DNA from: a virus
Strand: one strand, 5' to 3'
DNA: 64,000 nucleotides
IMG/VR virus record: IMGVR_UViG_3300043427_003273
Coordinates: 36,902-100,901 of that record
Part shown: in pieces, positions 9,395 to 19,222 of the stretch
Position numbering within the stretch: position 1 is the first letter of the stretch
Layout: every line of letters starts with the position of its first letter
The notes under the pieces: generated by a model
Databases searched by the model: none
Seen by the model: the letters and a program-made list of their open reading frames with translations, nothing else
What the model was told of the DNA's origin: nothing
Position numbers and translations under genes: made by a program

Positions 9395-12052
9395 TTAAAC
9401 AGTTCCAGCAACTTCACCGAAACTTACTCCAGTTCTTGTAGCAACGAAGGTCAGTGTCACATAATTAATGGATTTAGTTGGCTTCAAGTAGATATCTGCT
9501 CTAAATTCATTGTTGTCAATGATATCTGGAGTGTTATTTGTCTCATTACATACAATCAGATAACCATAAAGTCCTCTCTTAGCTTGAATTTCGGCAAGGA
9601 AAGGATCGACAACAGCAACAAAGTTTGATCTTGTGATGTCGTCATTCAGTTCAAAGAGTTGTGCGTCTGCAAGTCTTTGCAGTGACTGTTCAATATAAAG
9701 GAACAATCTACGAACATTAATTCTATCAAATGCTGATGCATATCCAAGTGCCGTCTTATCTCCAAACAGAAGTGTTCCAAGTCCATTTTGAGTAATAACT
9801 GGGTTCACTCTTGCAACGTAGAGTCTATCTCTTTGTGCTTTAGTTGGATTATAAGCCAGTTTGACAGCATTATTCAAAATTCCTCTTTGCTGTCCAGCAG
9901 GAGAGAACCAAGGATATGATTCGATTGATGTTCTTACCATCAATCCTGCAATGTCTCCATTACATGGAATATATCTAAATGCATTATTGAATCTATCATA
10001 AGTGTACTTATATCCAGAGTCAAATACTGCATAAGAAGATGATGAAAGTGTGCTAAAGAACTCTACAACGTTGTCAGTAATGTCATCAGTACTGAGGAAT
10101 GAGAGTCCATCTCCAAGAACGTCTGTTCTATGTGGAGAAATGCAAGCAATGCAGTCCTTTCTATCTTCAGCAATCGCAATCAGGTTTTGTGCCTTTGCTT
10201 GCGACTCAAGCTTCTCTTCTAATCCAGGACCCATCAACAGGTAATCAATTGCAATTTCATCTGGATCTGCAAAGAGATCGTATGCGTTGAGAAGTTCGCC
10301 AAGGGTTGCTTTAAGACTTCCAGTGACGGTTGTTTCACTCAGAGTTACGGTTGAAGCATTTGCACTTGCTGTGATTGCTACAGCTTGTTCTGCTGTTGCT
10401 CCAGCGGTTGTTGCAGCAACTACAGGAGTATAGTCCTTACCACCTGAAAGTCTGAATACCTTAGTTCCATAAACAGAGAAGGTTTTTTCTCTTCCAGGTT
10501 GATTCCAGAGTCCATCTGTTAATGAAATTGGAGTTAATCCACCAGCAAATGTTCCATCTACAGATGGATAGAATCCAGATGCAACAACAGTCTCATTGTT
10601 TGAAATATCAGATGGATTATCACCGACAAAGATATATGTTGAATACTGTCCAACAAAATCCTTCCAGAAAATTCTTTGTGGAGGATTAACGGCAGAAATT
10701 GCATCTACTGCCTTTGAGAGGAATGTATGCTTTTCAACAAGATTTCCTTTAATTCCAGTGATTGTTCCGAGGTCATCAAACAATGCGATGTGAATAGCAT
10801 CGTTTCTTCCTTTTCTGTCAGCAACCCATTGGGTTGTTGATGGCTTGGAAGCAATCGATTTCCAAAGAATATTTCCAGTTTCAAGAGTAATTACTTGCTC
10901 ATTATACCAATCTTTAACTTGATTTCCTTGAGTGATATTGCATGTTGCAACACCAACTCCACTATTGTTACTAAAAACAAGTTGTGTATTTGGTTTGAAG
11001 GATGCGTGTCTTGATCTGTTTTTGTACTCAATTCCTTCTTCTACACCAGCAGCAGAAACTTTAGATGTAACTCTTACATCAACTGTACCAAGAGCTGCAT
11101 CAACTCCTGTTACGATTCCCTTAAGATATCCATCTTCGGTGAAGAATCCACCACCCGCATCATTTCTTCCTGTTCTTCTAACAGGTCTTCTTACCTGATC
11201 GAGAGTTACAGTTACAGCATATCCAACTTGAATGTTTCCAGCTGCAGTAGTGCCGACTTCCAGAATTTGGTCAGCCTTATCATCAATGATTGCAATTGCT
11301 AATCCGTTTGACCATGTTCCTGGGTTCTTTCCTGCAAAGATATAAGGAACTACGTCTCCAGAAGTTGAATTGTAATCATCAAAATTTTTAATTTTCAGAG
11401 TATCATCTGCAGTAACGAATGGTTCAGAATCTGCAGTTACAGATCCAACTTGAATAAGAACTGGAGTATCTCCAGCAGGATTTCCAAAAATGATATCATT
11501 AATATAGATTTCTTCAGCAGCTACATACCCACTTCCTGGGTTAACGACTGAAAGTGATGCAACAGATCCTGTGGTTCCGAGACCCACAGTAATAATTAAT
11601 CCACTACCAGCAGCAGAGTTGGTAGTATATCCATATCCAGTTGTGTTTCCGATCGCAATTTCACCTAAAGTGAATGATTGCGAAACAAGTGTTCTTGCAC
11701 TATCATCTGTACCACCAGCAATTGTAAGATCAATTGCTTCGCCAGTTGACTGTGTTCTTGTGCTTGAGTTTACAATGGTATCTCCATCGGTTCTTACAAC
11801 CTTGATGATACCACCATAAGATAAGAAAGAAGATGCAGTCATCCAATACTCATATTGGGCATCTGCACTTGAGGGTTTTCCAAATACTTGGATAAGTTCT
11901 TCTTCTGTTTCAATAGTAACAGGATCTTCTACGGGTCCTTTTACAAATGGACCAGCAATAGCACCGATGTTATCTACGATGTTGTCAACTCTTCCTACCG
12001 TTAAATCAACTTCCCTGATTAATACACCAGGAGATAATTGAGGAGTCGCCAT
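9395..12052 (-). CDS. g18: Tail sheath protein gp18
   Basis: SPGVLIREVDLT, PWFSPAGQQRG, SAFDRINVRRLF. Confidence 0.98.
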   Translation of the reverse strand: MATPQLSPGVLIREVDLTVGRVDNIVDNIGAIAGPFVKGPVEDPVTIETEEELIQVFGKPSSADAQYEYWMTASSFLSYGGIIKVVRTDGDTIVNSSTRTQSTGEAIDLTIAGGTDDSARTLVSQSFTLGEIAIGNTTGYGYTTNSAAGSGLIITVGLGTTGSVASLSVVNPGSGYVAAEEIYINDIIFGNPAGDTPVLIQVGSVTADSEPFVTADDTLKIKNFDDYNSTSGDVVPYIFAGKNPGTWSNGLAIAIIDDKADQILEVGTTAAGNIQVGYAVTVTLDQVRRPVRRTGRNDAGGGFFTEDGYLKGIVTGVDAALGTVDVRVTSKVSAAGVEEGIEYKNRSRHASFKPNTQLVFSNNSGVGVATCNITQGNQVKDWYNEQVITLETGNILWKSIASKPSTTQWVADRKGRNDAIHIALFDDLGTITGIKGNLVEKHTFLSKAVDAISAVNPPQRIFWKDFVGQYSTYIFVGDNPSDISNNETVVASGFYPSVDGTFAGGLTPISLTDGLWNQPGREKTFSVYGTKVFRLSGGKDYTPVVAATTAGATAEQAVAITASANASTVTLSETTVTGSLKATLGELLNAYDLFADPDEIAIDYLLMGPGLEEKLESQAKAQNLIAIAEDRKDCIACISPHRTDVLGDGLSFLSTDDITDNVVEFFSTLSSSSYAVFDSGYKYTYDRFNNAFRYIPCNGDIAGLMVRTSIESYPWFSPAGQQRGILNNAVKLAYNPTKAQRDRLYVARVNPVITQNGLGTLLFGDKTALGYASAFDRINVRRLFLYIEQSLQRLADAQLFELNDDITRSNFVAVVDPFLAEIQAKRGLYGYLIVCNETNNTPDIIDNNEFRADIYLKPTKSINYVTLTFVATRTGVSFGEVAGTV

Positions 12053-12115
12053 TTTTTTCTCCTAAGACTCAGTTTATCTACAAAATATTTATTAAAATTA
12101 CTTTTTTCAGAAGAA

Positions 12116-13771
12116 CTAACTTATATAATCCCACATATATGCCATATCGCCATATTCATCCACATGCCACCTATCTCCTGTATTATCTACAAAAGACCTC
12201 TCATCACTAACTCCATCAGTTATAAAACCAAATGGAGACATATCTTGTTCTATTTGGTTTTTTTGTTCTTCATATAATCTTTTTCTAATGTCTTGATCAG
12301 TTAATTCTTTAAAATAATCTTGTTGTATTAGCCAGGAATAAATTACAAGACACATTACAAGATCATCATTTCTCCCTTCCTCAGCTTCAAATGAATTATT
12401 TTTTTGAATAAATGTTGTCAATTCTGAAATAGTATCAAAATCTGAAATAAAAAGTTTATCTTCTTCAATTAATGCCTTTAAATTTAAACAACCAACTTTT
12501 TTGGTTGCTTTAGACATTTTAACTCCCAATTGACACTTTTTCCCAGAAAAACCTTGACCTAAAACTTGTCCTGCTCTTCCTCTCATTGAAGACATAAGAA
12601 CGTTTTCGTATTCAAGGTCATAATGAAGACCCGCTGCTACTTGATCTCCAACATCGTTTACTTCACATAAAACATATGCTTTATTATAATTTATGGCAAC
12701 TTCCTTTATTGTTTGAGGAAAAACTATTGGCCTAATTTGATTATTTTTATATTTTGCTACTAATCTATGAGGAAATTGAGATATATCAATAACTGTAAAC
12801 GCGGAGTAGTCTTTTTCAACTCCTCTTGCAACGTCAACTGTTATAACATAACTATGATCTTCTTGTGGATATTCATAGACATCCAATCCGTTATGGGATT
12901 TTGATGGAGTATCAAATACAAGTGTATTTAATTTTGCTCCAGATATTAAGGTATCAGTAGATCCAAGAAACTGACATTCAAATTCTTGTCTCCACTGAGA
13001 CTCTGAGGTATTTGCAATTGTAGTTGCTTTAAATTTCTCATCTCTTCCAGGAACATCAGTCCAATGAACTTCTGTGGGAACATAACTATTTTTCTTTTTC
13101 TGAGCATCATCCCAAAGTTTATAAAAATGATTCATTCCAAATGGAGTAGAAACAATTATAACTTTTGATGATTGTCCAGAAGTAATAGTAGGATATACTG
13201 AACTGAAAAAATTATCTGCAACAGTATTTGGAACAAATGCAAATTCGTCCAAAAAGATAATATTGAAAGTGCTTCCTCGTACTGATGATGCTGATGTCGA
13301 AGCAGCAAAAATCCTTGATTTATTTTCTAATTCTAAAGAACCTTTATTCCAAGATAAAACTCCCTGCTGTAACCATTTTGGAAGATTCTCATATCCTGTT
13401 TGCAATCTTTGAAGAAGATCTCTTGCGGTATTTGCTTTGTTTGCAAGAATTGCAATATTCACATTATCATTAAAAATTGCATAATGCAATAAGAATGCAC
13501 AAACTGTAGTGGATTTACCAGACTGACGAGGTAGTTTGCATATATTAAAACGATTGTCATGAAATCGTTTAATCATTTTCTTTTGAAAGGGATACATTTT
13601 AAAAGGTTGCAATCCCTTGTCAATAGTTACAATTTGAACATAATGTTCTGCAAAATAAAGAGGATCATCATAACATTTTATGATCTCATCAATCTGCTCT
13701 TGAGTATATTCAATTGATATATTTGCTTTTTTTAGTAACGGATTACCAAGATAATGTTCGTCATTACTCAT
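12116..13771 (-). CDS. g17: Terminase large subunit gp17
   Basis: YLGNPLLK, PRQSGKST, IFLDEFAF, VDVARG; normal length, no intein. Confidence 0.99.
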   Translation of the reverse strand: MSNDEHYLGNPLLKKANISIEYTQEQIDEIIKCYDDPLYFAEHYVQIVTIDKGLQPFKMYPFQKKMIKRFHDNRFNICKLPRQSGKSTTVCAFLLHYAIFNDNVNIAILANKANTARDLLQRLQTGYENLPKWLQQGVLSWNKGSLELENKSRIFAASTSASSVRGSTFNIIFLDEFAFVPNTVADNFFSSVYPTITSGQSSKVIIVSTPFGMNHFYKLWDDAQKKKNSYVPTEVHWTDVPGRDEKFKATTIANTSESQWRQEFECQFLGSTDTLISGAKLNTLVFDTPSKSHNGLDVYEYPQEDHSYVITVDVARGVEKDYSAFTVIDISQFPHRLVAKYKNNQIRPIVFPQTIKEVAINYNKAYVLCEVNDVGDQVAAGLHYDLEYENVLMSSMRGRAGQVLGQGFSGKKCQLGVKMSKATKKVGCLNLKALIEEDKLFISDFDTISELTTFIQKNNSFEAEEGRNDDLVMCLVIYSWLIQQDYFKELTDQDIRKRLYEEQKNQIEQDMSPFGFITDGVSDERSFVDNTGDRWHVDEYGDMAYMWDYIS

Positions 13772-13779
13772 AGATTAAC

Positions 13780-15183
13780 TCACCATTTTACTTTATCTGC
13801 CCAATAAGCTGCCGACATTTTTCCTTTTGCAATATTTTTTGCATGTCTTGATTTAAATCTTTCACGACGATTTGCATATTCTTCAGACTCTCCTTTTTTC
13901 TTTGGAGATCCTTTTACTCCAAGTTGACCAAATCGAATAAGTTTTTCTTTTCCATTTTCACATGCTTTTACCACATGAGATTTACCTTGCTCACCAGACC
14001 CATGTGATTGAGACTTTGGTTTGTTGCAAGGCATTTCAGACTTTTTTGCTTCATCTATTTCAACCTCTTCACCAATTGACTTGTTATTTAAGAGATAATT
14101 TTTTGATGGACTATTAGAAATTTGAATAAATGGTTCTCCAGGATTTAATTCTGCAATCTTATATGCAACTACTCTTGCATCTGGATATATTTTTTGAACT
14201 TCAAAGGTTACTTCTGCTCTAGATGGAAGTTTTAATTGTGGGAAGAACATTTGAACATAATAATATTTTCCTCTCCATGAAAGAGTTACTGCAACAATAT
14301 TTCCAGATTGAGCTTTTATTCTTGTTGCTTCAGATACATTCTTTTTTGACTCAACTTTTTTCAATTTTGTGTAGTAATCAGGAACCTCATCTAAATGTTG
14401 AAGTGCGGTAATTTTTGCTGAAGTTTTATTTGATGTATGCTCTCCTTCAACTTTAATTCCCATTTCAAGTTGTTTTTTAATTGATTCTAAAGAAACCCCG
14501 TGTTTTTTGGCAATTTCTTCTGGTGATTTATATGACTGGACAGGACCCTTTGGATCCTTTTCTTCACTCATGGGACATGCTTTTTTGCCATGAACTGCAC
14601 ATGATTCTCCTTTTTTTGTGTGACTACATTTTTCCTTTGATTTTGTCCCATCTACATTTTTTCCAATACCAACTTCAGTTGGTTTCTTTGACTGCCCTGG
14701 GACATCAAATCCTTTTGGAAGAGGCTTACATGCTTTATCAGTGTTGCACCAATACATTCCCTTCCCACACTTCTCTTCACCAAGAATTTTTTCCACCAAA
14801 GATACTTCTTCTTTTTTTACTGATGGTAATGATACAGATGCTGCTTTTTTCTTTTGAAGTTCTACTGCCTTTGGTCCAAGTTGTTTTGCTGCATCTGGAG
14901 TTAAAGCTCCAGCTCCAGAAGATTTTTTAATTGCAAAACTTGGATTTTTTGATTCATCCAAACCTTCATCACTTTGAAGATACTCTGCTACGGTATCAAT
15001 AAAATCTGCTGCTCTTGTAATCTTTGATTGAACCCAAGCTGGAAGTTGATGATCTTTTGATTTTATAACTTTACGAAGTTTTTCAATAGATCTTTCAATT
15101 TGATCGAATTCAACATTTGCCATGTATCCTTCGTCATCTTTTCTTTTTCCAGAAGCAATTTCTTTATGATCTTCGTTTAACAT
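13780..15183 (-). CDS. Lys-rich modular hypothetical protein, probable internal head protein (DUF5661-like module)
   Basis: Mosaic of short modules incl. KQLEMGIKVEGEHT...ALQHLDEVPDYYTKL and KLIRFG...RFKSRH...SAAYWADKVKW. Confidence 0.7.
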   Translation of the reverse strand: MLNEDHKEIASGKRKDDEGYMANVEFDQIERSIEKLRKVIKSKDHQLPAWVQSKITRAADFIDTVAEYLQSDEGLDESKNPSFAIKKSSGAGALTPDAAKQLGPKAVELQKKKAASVSLPSVKKEEVSLVEKILGEEKCGKGMYWCNTDKACKPLPKGFDVPGQSKKPTEVGIGKNVDGTKSKEKCSHTKKGESCAVHGKKACPMSEEKDPKGPVQSYKSPEEIAKKHGVSLESIKKQLEMGIKVEGEHTSNKTSAKITALQHLDEVPDYYTKLKKVESKKNVSEATRIKAQSGNIVAVTLSWRGKYYYVQMFFPQLKLPSRAEVTFEVQKIYPDARVVAYKIAELNPGEPFIQISNSPSKNYLLNNKSIGEEVEIDEAKKSEMPCNKPKSQSHGSGEQGKSHVVKACENGKEKLIRFGQLGVKGSPKKKGESEEYANRRERFKSRHAKNIAKGKMSAAYWADKVKW

Positions 15184-15208
15184 GAGTGTTTTGAGAATCT
15201 ATATAATT

Positions 15209-15667
15209 TTATTTATCATCTAGATTATTTTTTTGAGATTTAATAAATTTTGTAAGTTCTGCTGTTGAACCAATAAACAATGAATTGTTTACAGTAGATG
15301 GTCCTTTTATTTCCTTCACTTCTTCTATTTCTTTTAATTTTTTCTGTAAATCTAAAAGTTTTTCGGTTGCATCTGCAACATTTTTGATTAATTGTCCAGT
15401 AACCTCATATGCTCTTGGCGATTCTGTTTCTTGTGCTAACTCTAATGCGCCATTAATTGCTTCTTGACCTTTTTCAATAATTGAGTATATATTGGATCTA
15501 CTATATTTGTAATCTTTTTCTATATCCTTTTTTATATCCAAAATTTCATTATCAAATCTTTGTGTTTTCTCAATATCAACTACATATGAAACTTCTGATT
15601 TAGAAATTTCACTATTTGGCTCTAAATTAAAAATAGAATCTAATTTTTGTTCGTTCATACAATTCAA
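15209..15667 (-). CDS. g16: Terminase small subunit gp16
   Basis: DYKYSRSNIY, ESPRAYEVTGQLIK, NNSLFIGSTAEL. Confidence 0.93.
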   Translation of the reverse strand: MNCMNEQKLDSIFNLEPNSEISKSEVSYVVDIEKTQRFDNEILDIKKDIEKDYKYSRSNIYSIIEKGQEAINGALELAQETESPRAYEVTGQLIKNVADATEKLLDLQKKLKEIEEVKEIKGPSTVNNSLFIGSTAELTKFIKSQKNNLDDK

Positions 15668-16683
15668 GTTAATTTGCCATCAAACCCAAAATCATCTCCA
15701 AGTTCAATTAAGTTATTATCTGCTTCAACAACTTTTTGAACTTCTGTTCCAGAAACGTGAGGTGTAATTTTTGTTTTATAACTACCTCTAACAACAGATA
15801 CGGTTTTCTTTTCAGAATCTATTTTGGAAACTTTCAATGATTCATTATCTATTGTTATTATGGAATTTAATTGTATATTAGACACATCATTTACAAATAA
15901 CATTGTGTCATTTAAAGTAACGTCTTTTACTAAGTAAGCAACTCCAAAATCAGAATAACTTTTTGTGGCAGTTGGGGTTACGGAATAAGTTGCGTCTCTC
16001 AATATAGCATCTGGATTATTTGATGTAGATCCAGCAACAAATCCAATTGTGGATTTTCTAATGACACTATCAGAGACATCCTTAACTGGACCAAATAAGT
16101 AAGTTTTTGCAGTAAATGTTATTGTGTATATTAAAGCCCTTCTTGTGTCATAATTGCCTTCATAATCATCTTGCATAGTTATACTTTCAATTTGAAAAGG
16201 AACATCCTTTTTTTCACCCAAAGTATCTAGTAAATCTATAGTTAATGTATATGCTGGTTGAAAATATGGTAATATTTGTTCTATTATTTGTAAAGAGTCA
16301 TCATTAATCTTTGACAAAATATTTAACTCAAACGACATATTGTAAGGAACAGGCATAAAAGCTTTACGACGACCTTGAGGATTTGCTGGATCTTTTACCG
16401 TAAAGTATTCCGTTGTTGTTATTTTCCTATCCGAATCATAAGTCAATCCATTAAACTCAAAAGACATTCTTGGTAATGTAATTTGAACTGGATTATTGAG
16501 GTCTTTTGGAGCCTCATTAAGTCTAGCTAAGAATTTTTGTCTTGGCCCATAAGCAATTGGAACTTTTACCGAAGATACAACATTTCCATTAGTATCTGTT
16601 TTTTTGAGGTATATATTATTGAATAGAGTTCCAAATCCAATAACAGTTCTTCTTAAAATTTCGTGGTAAAAGTAATCAAACAT
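15664..16683 (-). CDS. g15: Tail sheath stabiliser/terminator gp15
   Basis: YFYHEILRRTVIGFGTLFNNI, VPIAYGPRQKFLARL, EQILPYFQP. Confidence 0.96.
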   Translation of the reverse strand: MFDYFYHEILRRTVIGFGTLFNNIYLKKTDTNGNVVSSVKVPIAYGPRQKFLARLNEAPKDLNNPVQITLPRMSFEFNGLTYDSDRKITTTEYFTVKDPANPQGRRKAFMPVPYNMSFELNILSKINDDSLQIIEQILPYFQPAYTLTIDLLDTLGEKKDVPFQIESITMQDDYEGNYDTRRALIYTITFTAKTYLFGPVKDVSDSVIRKSTIGFVAGSTSNNPDAILRDATYSVTPTATKSYSDFGVAYLVKDVTLNDTMLFVNDVSNIQLNSIITIDNESLKVSKIDSEKKTVSVVRGSYKTKITPHVSGTEVQKVVEADNNLIELGDDFGFDGKLT

Positions 16684-16694
16684 TTTTTATTTAC

Positions 16695-18134
16695 CTATGG
16701 TGTCCCAAATGGGTTAGTTTCTGAAAAATCTAGTATTTGATTTGCTTCATTTTGAATATCAAAATTGTCTGCATACTTATCTTCTTTATTTTCTTTATCC
16801 TGAGAATCCCCGAGATTATCAGTATTTATAATTCTCACTGGATAACTTGCCCCAGAAGTTTGCCCAACTAAGACATCTCCATCAACAAATTTACCACTAA
16901 GATTACCAACTTCAAGAATGTACGAAAGAATATTCCATCTTTTTACTCTGGCAGTTGTGCTACTTATTGTTCCAACCACCACTTCATTGAATAGATAAGT
17001 TCCTATTCCAGCATTGACTGGATTTCCAAAAACAATTTGAGGTACAGAAACATAATTTTTTCCAGCATCTGTAATATAAATTGCTGATATAGATCCTGTT
17101 GGAGTTAATCTTACCGTTGCTGCAGCTGAAATTGTAGTTCCTCCTCCAACAAAAGTAACAGATGGTCTGATAACATAACCAGATCCAGCATTTGTAAGTG
17201 TGATTACTCCAACTATGCCATTAGCAAGATATGCTTTTGCAGTCGCTCCTTGTCCACCACCTTCCAAAATAGCCACAGATGGAACTTGAGTATATCCATA
17301 TCCAGTATCGATCAAATCAATTTTAGAAACTTTTGAAAGATTTGGATTTGGTTCACAGAAGTCTGGAAGGTTTTTTTGTAATGTTGCTGTTCCAATAGCA
17401 TTTCTTCCTCCTGCAATAAATGTAGGATATCCAGATCCTGCTGGTGCTGAAGAAATGGCAACAATTGGGTTTTCCGTATAACTACGACCCATGTTAGTAA
17501 CTTCTATATACCTGACACCAGAATTTACAATACCAGTAATAGCAGTTGCAGTTATTCCCACTCCCACCATCTGTAGTGTTTGTATATAACCTTCGTCTAT
17601 TAAATTGTCATCAACATATTCATATCCTGTATCGACAACTTCTCCTGCCTCATATCTGTAAAGTTCACACTTTAATTCATAAGTATAATTTCCTTTTAAT
17701 GGATAAAATGGTTGCTCATGCTCAACAAATTTTATTTCAAATAACCTATCTCCCAAAGGAAACCAAATTAAATCTCCTTCCTTTGGCCTATCTGGAAGTT
17801 TTATATCTGGAAGTTTTTCTATTAATGGAGTGATGTAAGTTTCAAATCTTTCTCTTGATATTGTCAAAGAAAGATCATCCATATCTTGGAGACCAAATTT
17901 TGACAAGATTGTTCCTTGTCCACCATACCCCTCATAATCATTAACATAAGCTTCTAGAGGATAGGCATTTCCAAATTCCGAATTTACAACCTCTTTCATG
18001 ATTGTATTTTCTTTTTTGAAAATTCTAGGTATATAATAAACCTCAACACCATACATTCTTAGTTGCTCATTAACTAAGTCTTGTATTAATCCTTGCTCGG
18101 ATTTTGTGCCGTTAAGAAAAAATGGGTTTAACAT
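16695..18134 (-). CDS. g14: Neck protein gp14 with inserted beta-repeat domains
   Basis: LNPFF, YGVEVYYIPR, RPKEGDLIWFP, DFSETNPFG. Confidence 0.95.
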   Translation of the reverse strand: MLNPFFLNGTKSEQGLIQDLVNEQLRMYGVEVYYIPRIFKKENTIMKEVVNSEFGNAYPLEAYVNDYEGYGGQGTILSKFGLQDMDDLSLTISRERFETYITPLIEKLPDIKLPDRPKEGDLIWFPLGDRLFEIKFVEHEQPFYPLKGNYTYELKCELYRYEAGEVVDTGYEYVDDNLIDEGYIQTLQMVGVGITATAITGIVNSGVRYIEVTNMGRSYTENPIVAISSAPAGSGYPTFIAGGRNAIGTATLQKNLPDFCEPNPNLSKVSKIDLIDTGYGYTQVPSVAILEGGGQGATAKAYLANGIVGVITLTNAGSGYVIRPSVTFVGGGTTISAAATVRLTPTGSISAIYITDAGKNYVSVPQIVFGNPVNAGIGTYLFNEVVVGTISSTTARVKRWNILSYILEVGNLSGKFVDGDVLVGQTSGASYPVRIINTDNLGDSQDKENKEDKYADNFDIQNEANQILDFSETNPFGTP

Positions 18135-18135
18135 A

Positions 18136-18954
18136 TTATCCTATCATATCTAATGGTGGAAGTTCGTATGTGGAGGACATTTTTTCCATTAAAGCATCAA
18201 TTTCTCTTTGAGCATCTTCATACAACTGTCTTCCATTAAACTCCAATCCACCTGGAAGTTTAACTCCTTGAAATTTCATTAAGTTTTGTCCCCATTGTCT
18301 TTTTATCAAAGAAGTTGTGTATTGCTTTAAAAAATTATCATTCCAAACTTTTGTATACTCTGAAGGATCCATTAATCTATCGCAATCTATTATTAAATAA
18401 TTATCTGGTTTTAATGATTTCCAATCGACATCCAAATATAATCTTCCTTGTCTTTTATTAAATCGTATTTGTTTTTCTGTTGTCAAAAGCCAATTAATAT
18501 CTTCAAGATATGTTTTTGTCATTGCGTATGTCAAAAGATCCAATGACCCCCAATGATAAACATCATTTAAAAACAATTGATATCTAATACTGAACAAACC
18601 TGCCGATAATGTATTATCACCTTCAAATTTAAATATTTTTCTTACTCCTAAGACATGGGGAGGCAATTGTATATAATTAGCATTTTCATAATAGTTATAA
18701 TTTCCAACACTAATTGTACTTATTCCTGGTCCAGTTGGAGGTTTTGAAGTTCCTCTATCAATATCTGCTTGCGATAATTTGTACTTCAAAAAAGTAGAAT
18801 AAGAACCATCATAACATCTTTCATTAAAAAGTTGTAATGCATCATCTACCAAGTCTTCAATTTGTTCTTCTGCTACGTTAATTTCAAGAACTGGCGCTCC
18901 AAGTTTTCTTAAGCAATAATCAATAAATTCTTGTCTTGTTGAAGGTTGTGCCAT
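18136..18954 (-). CDS. g13: Neck protein gp13
   Basis: YCLRKLGAPVLEINV, IKRQWGQNLMKFQGVKLPGG. Confidence 0.96.
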   Translation of the reverse strand: MAQPSTRQEFIDYCLRKLGAPVLEINVAEEQIEDLVDDALQLFNERCYDGSYSTFLKYKLSQADIDRGTSKPPTGPGISTISVGNYNYYENANYIQLPPHVLGVRKIFKFEGDNTLSAGLFSIRYQLFLNDVYHWGSLDLLTYAMTKTYLEDINWLLTTEKQIRFNKRQGRLYLDVDWKSLKPDNYLIIDCDRLMDPSEYTKVWNDNFLKQYTTSLIKRQWGQNLMKFQGVKLPGGLEFNGRQLYEDAQREIDALMEKMSSTYELPPLDMIG

Positions 18955-18978
18955 GTCTTTGAATTGGATTAAAAATAT

Positions 18979-19218
18979 TTATTTTGATAATAAAGATTTT
19001 AATAAGTCTTTTATTTCGTTTAAATTATCTTTCATTTCAGTTACATCACTTTCTAATTTTTTAATTCTATTGATTTCATTATATTTTCTTTTATAATTTT
19101 CAATATAAGTTCTATATTCAGATTCGTTCACATTTATAATTCCAGTATTTTGACTATCCCTAACCAAATTTGGGTTTCCTTGAACTTCAATAAATTCATG
19201 AGAATCATTATTTTTCAT
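18979..19218 (-). CDS. Small conserved coiled-coil protein between the VrlC-like gene and g13
   Basis: Likely start MKNNDSHE; VQGNPNLVRD...IIN then heptad repeat. Confidence 0.7.
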   Translation of the reverse strand: MKNNDSHEFIEVQGNPNLVRDSQNTGIINVNESEYRTYIENYKRKYNEINRIKKLESDVTEMKDNLNEIKDLLKSLLSK

Positions 19219-19222
19219 ATCA

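Noticed and set aside
200-13771. Introns or inteins in uvsW, g23, g20 or g17
   Set aside because: All are continuous, of normal length, and lack splicing motifs
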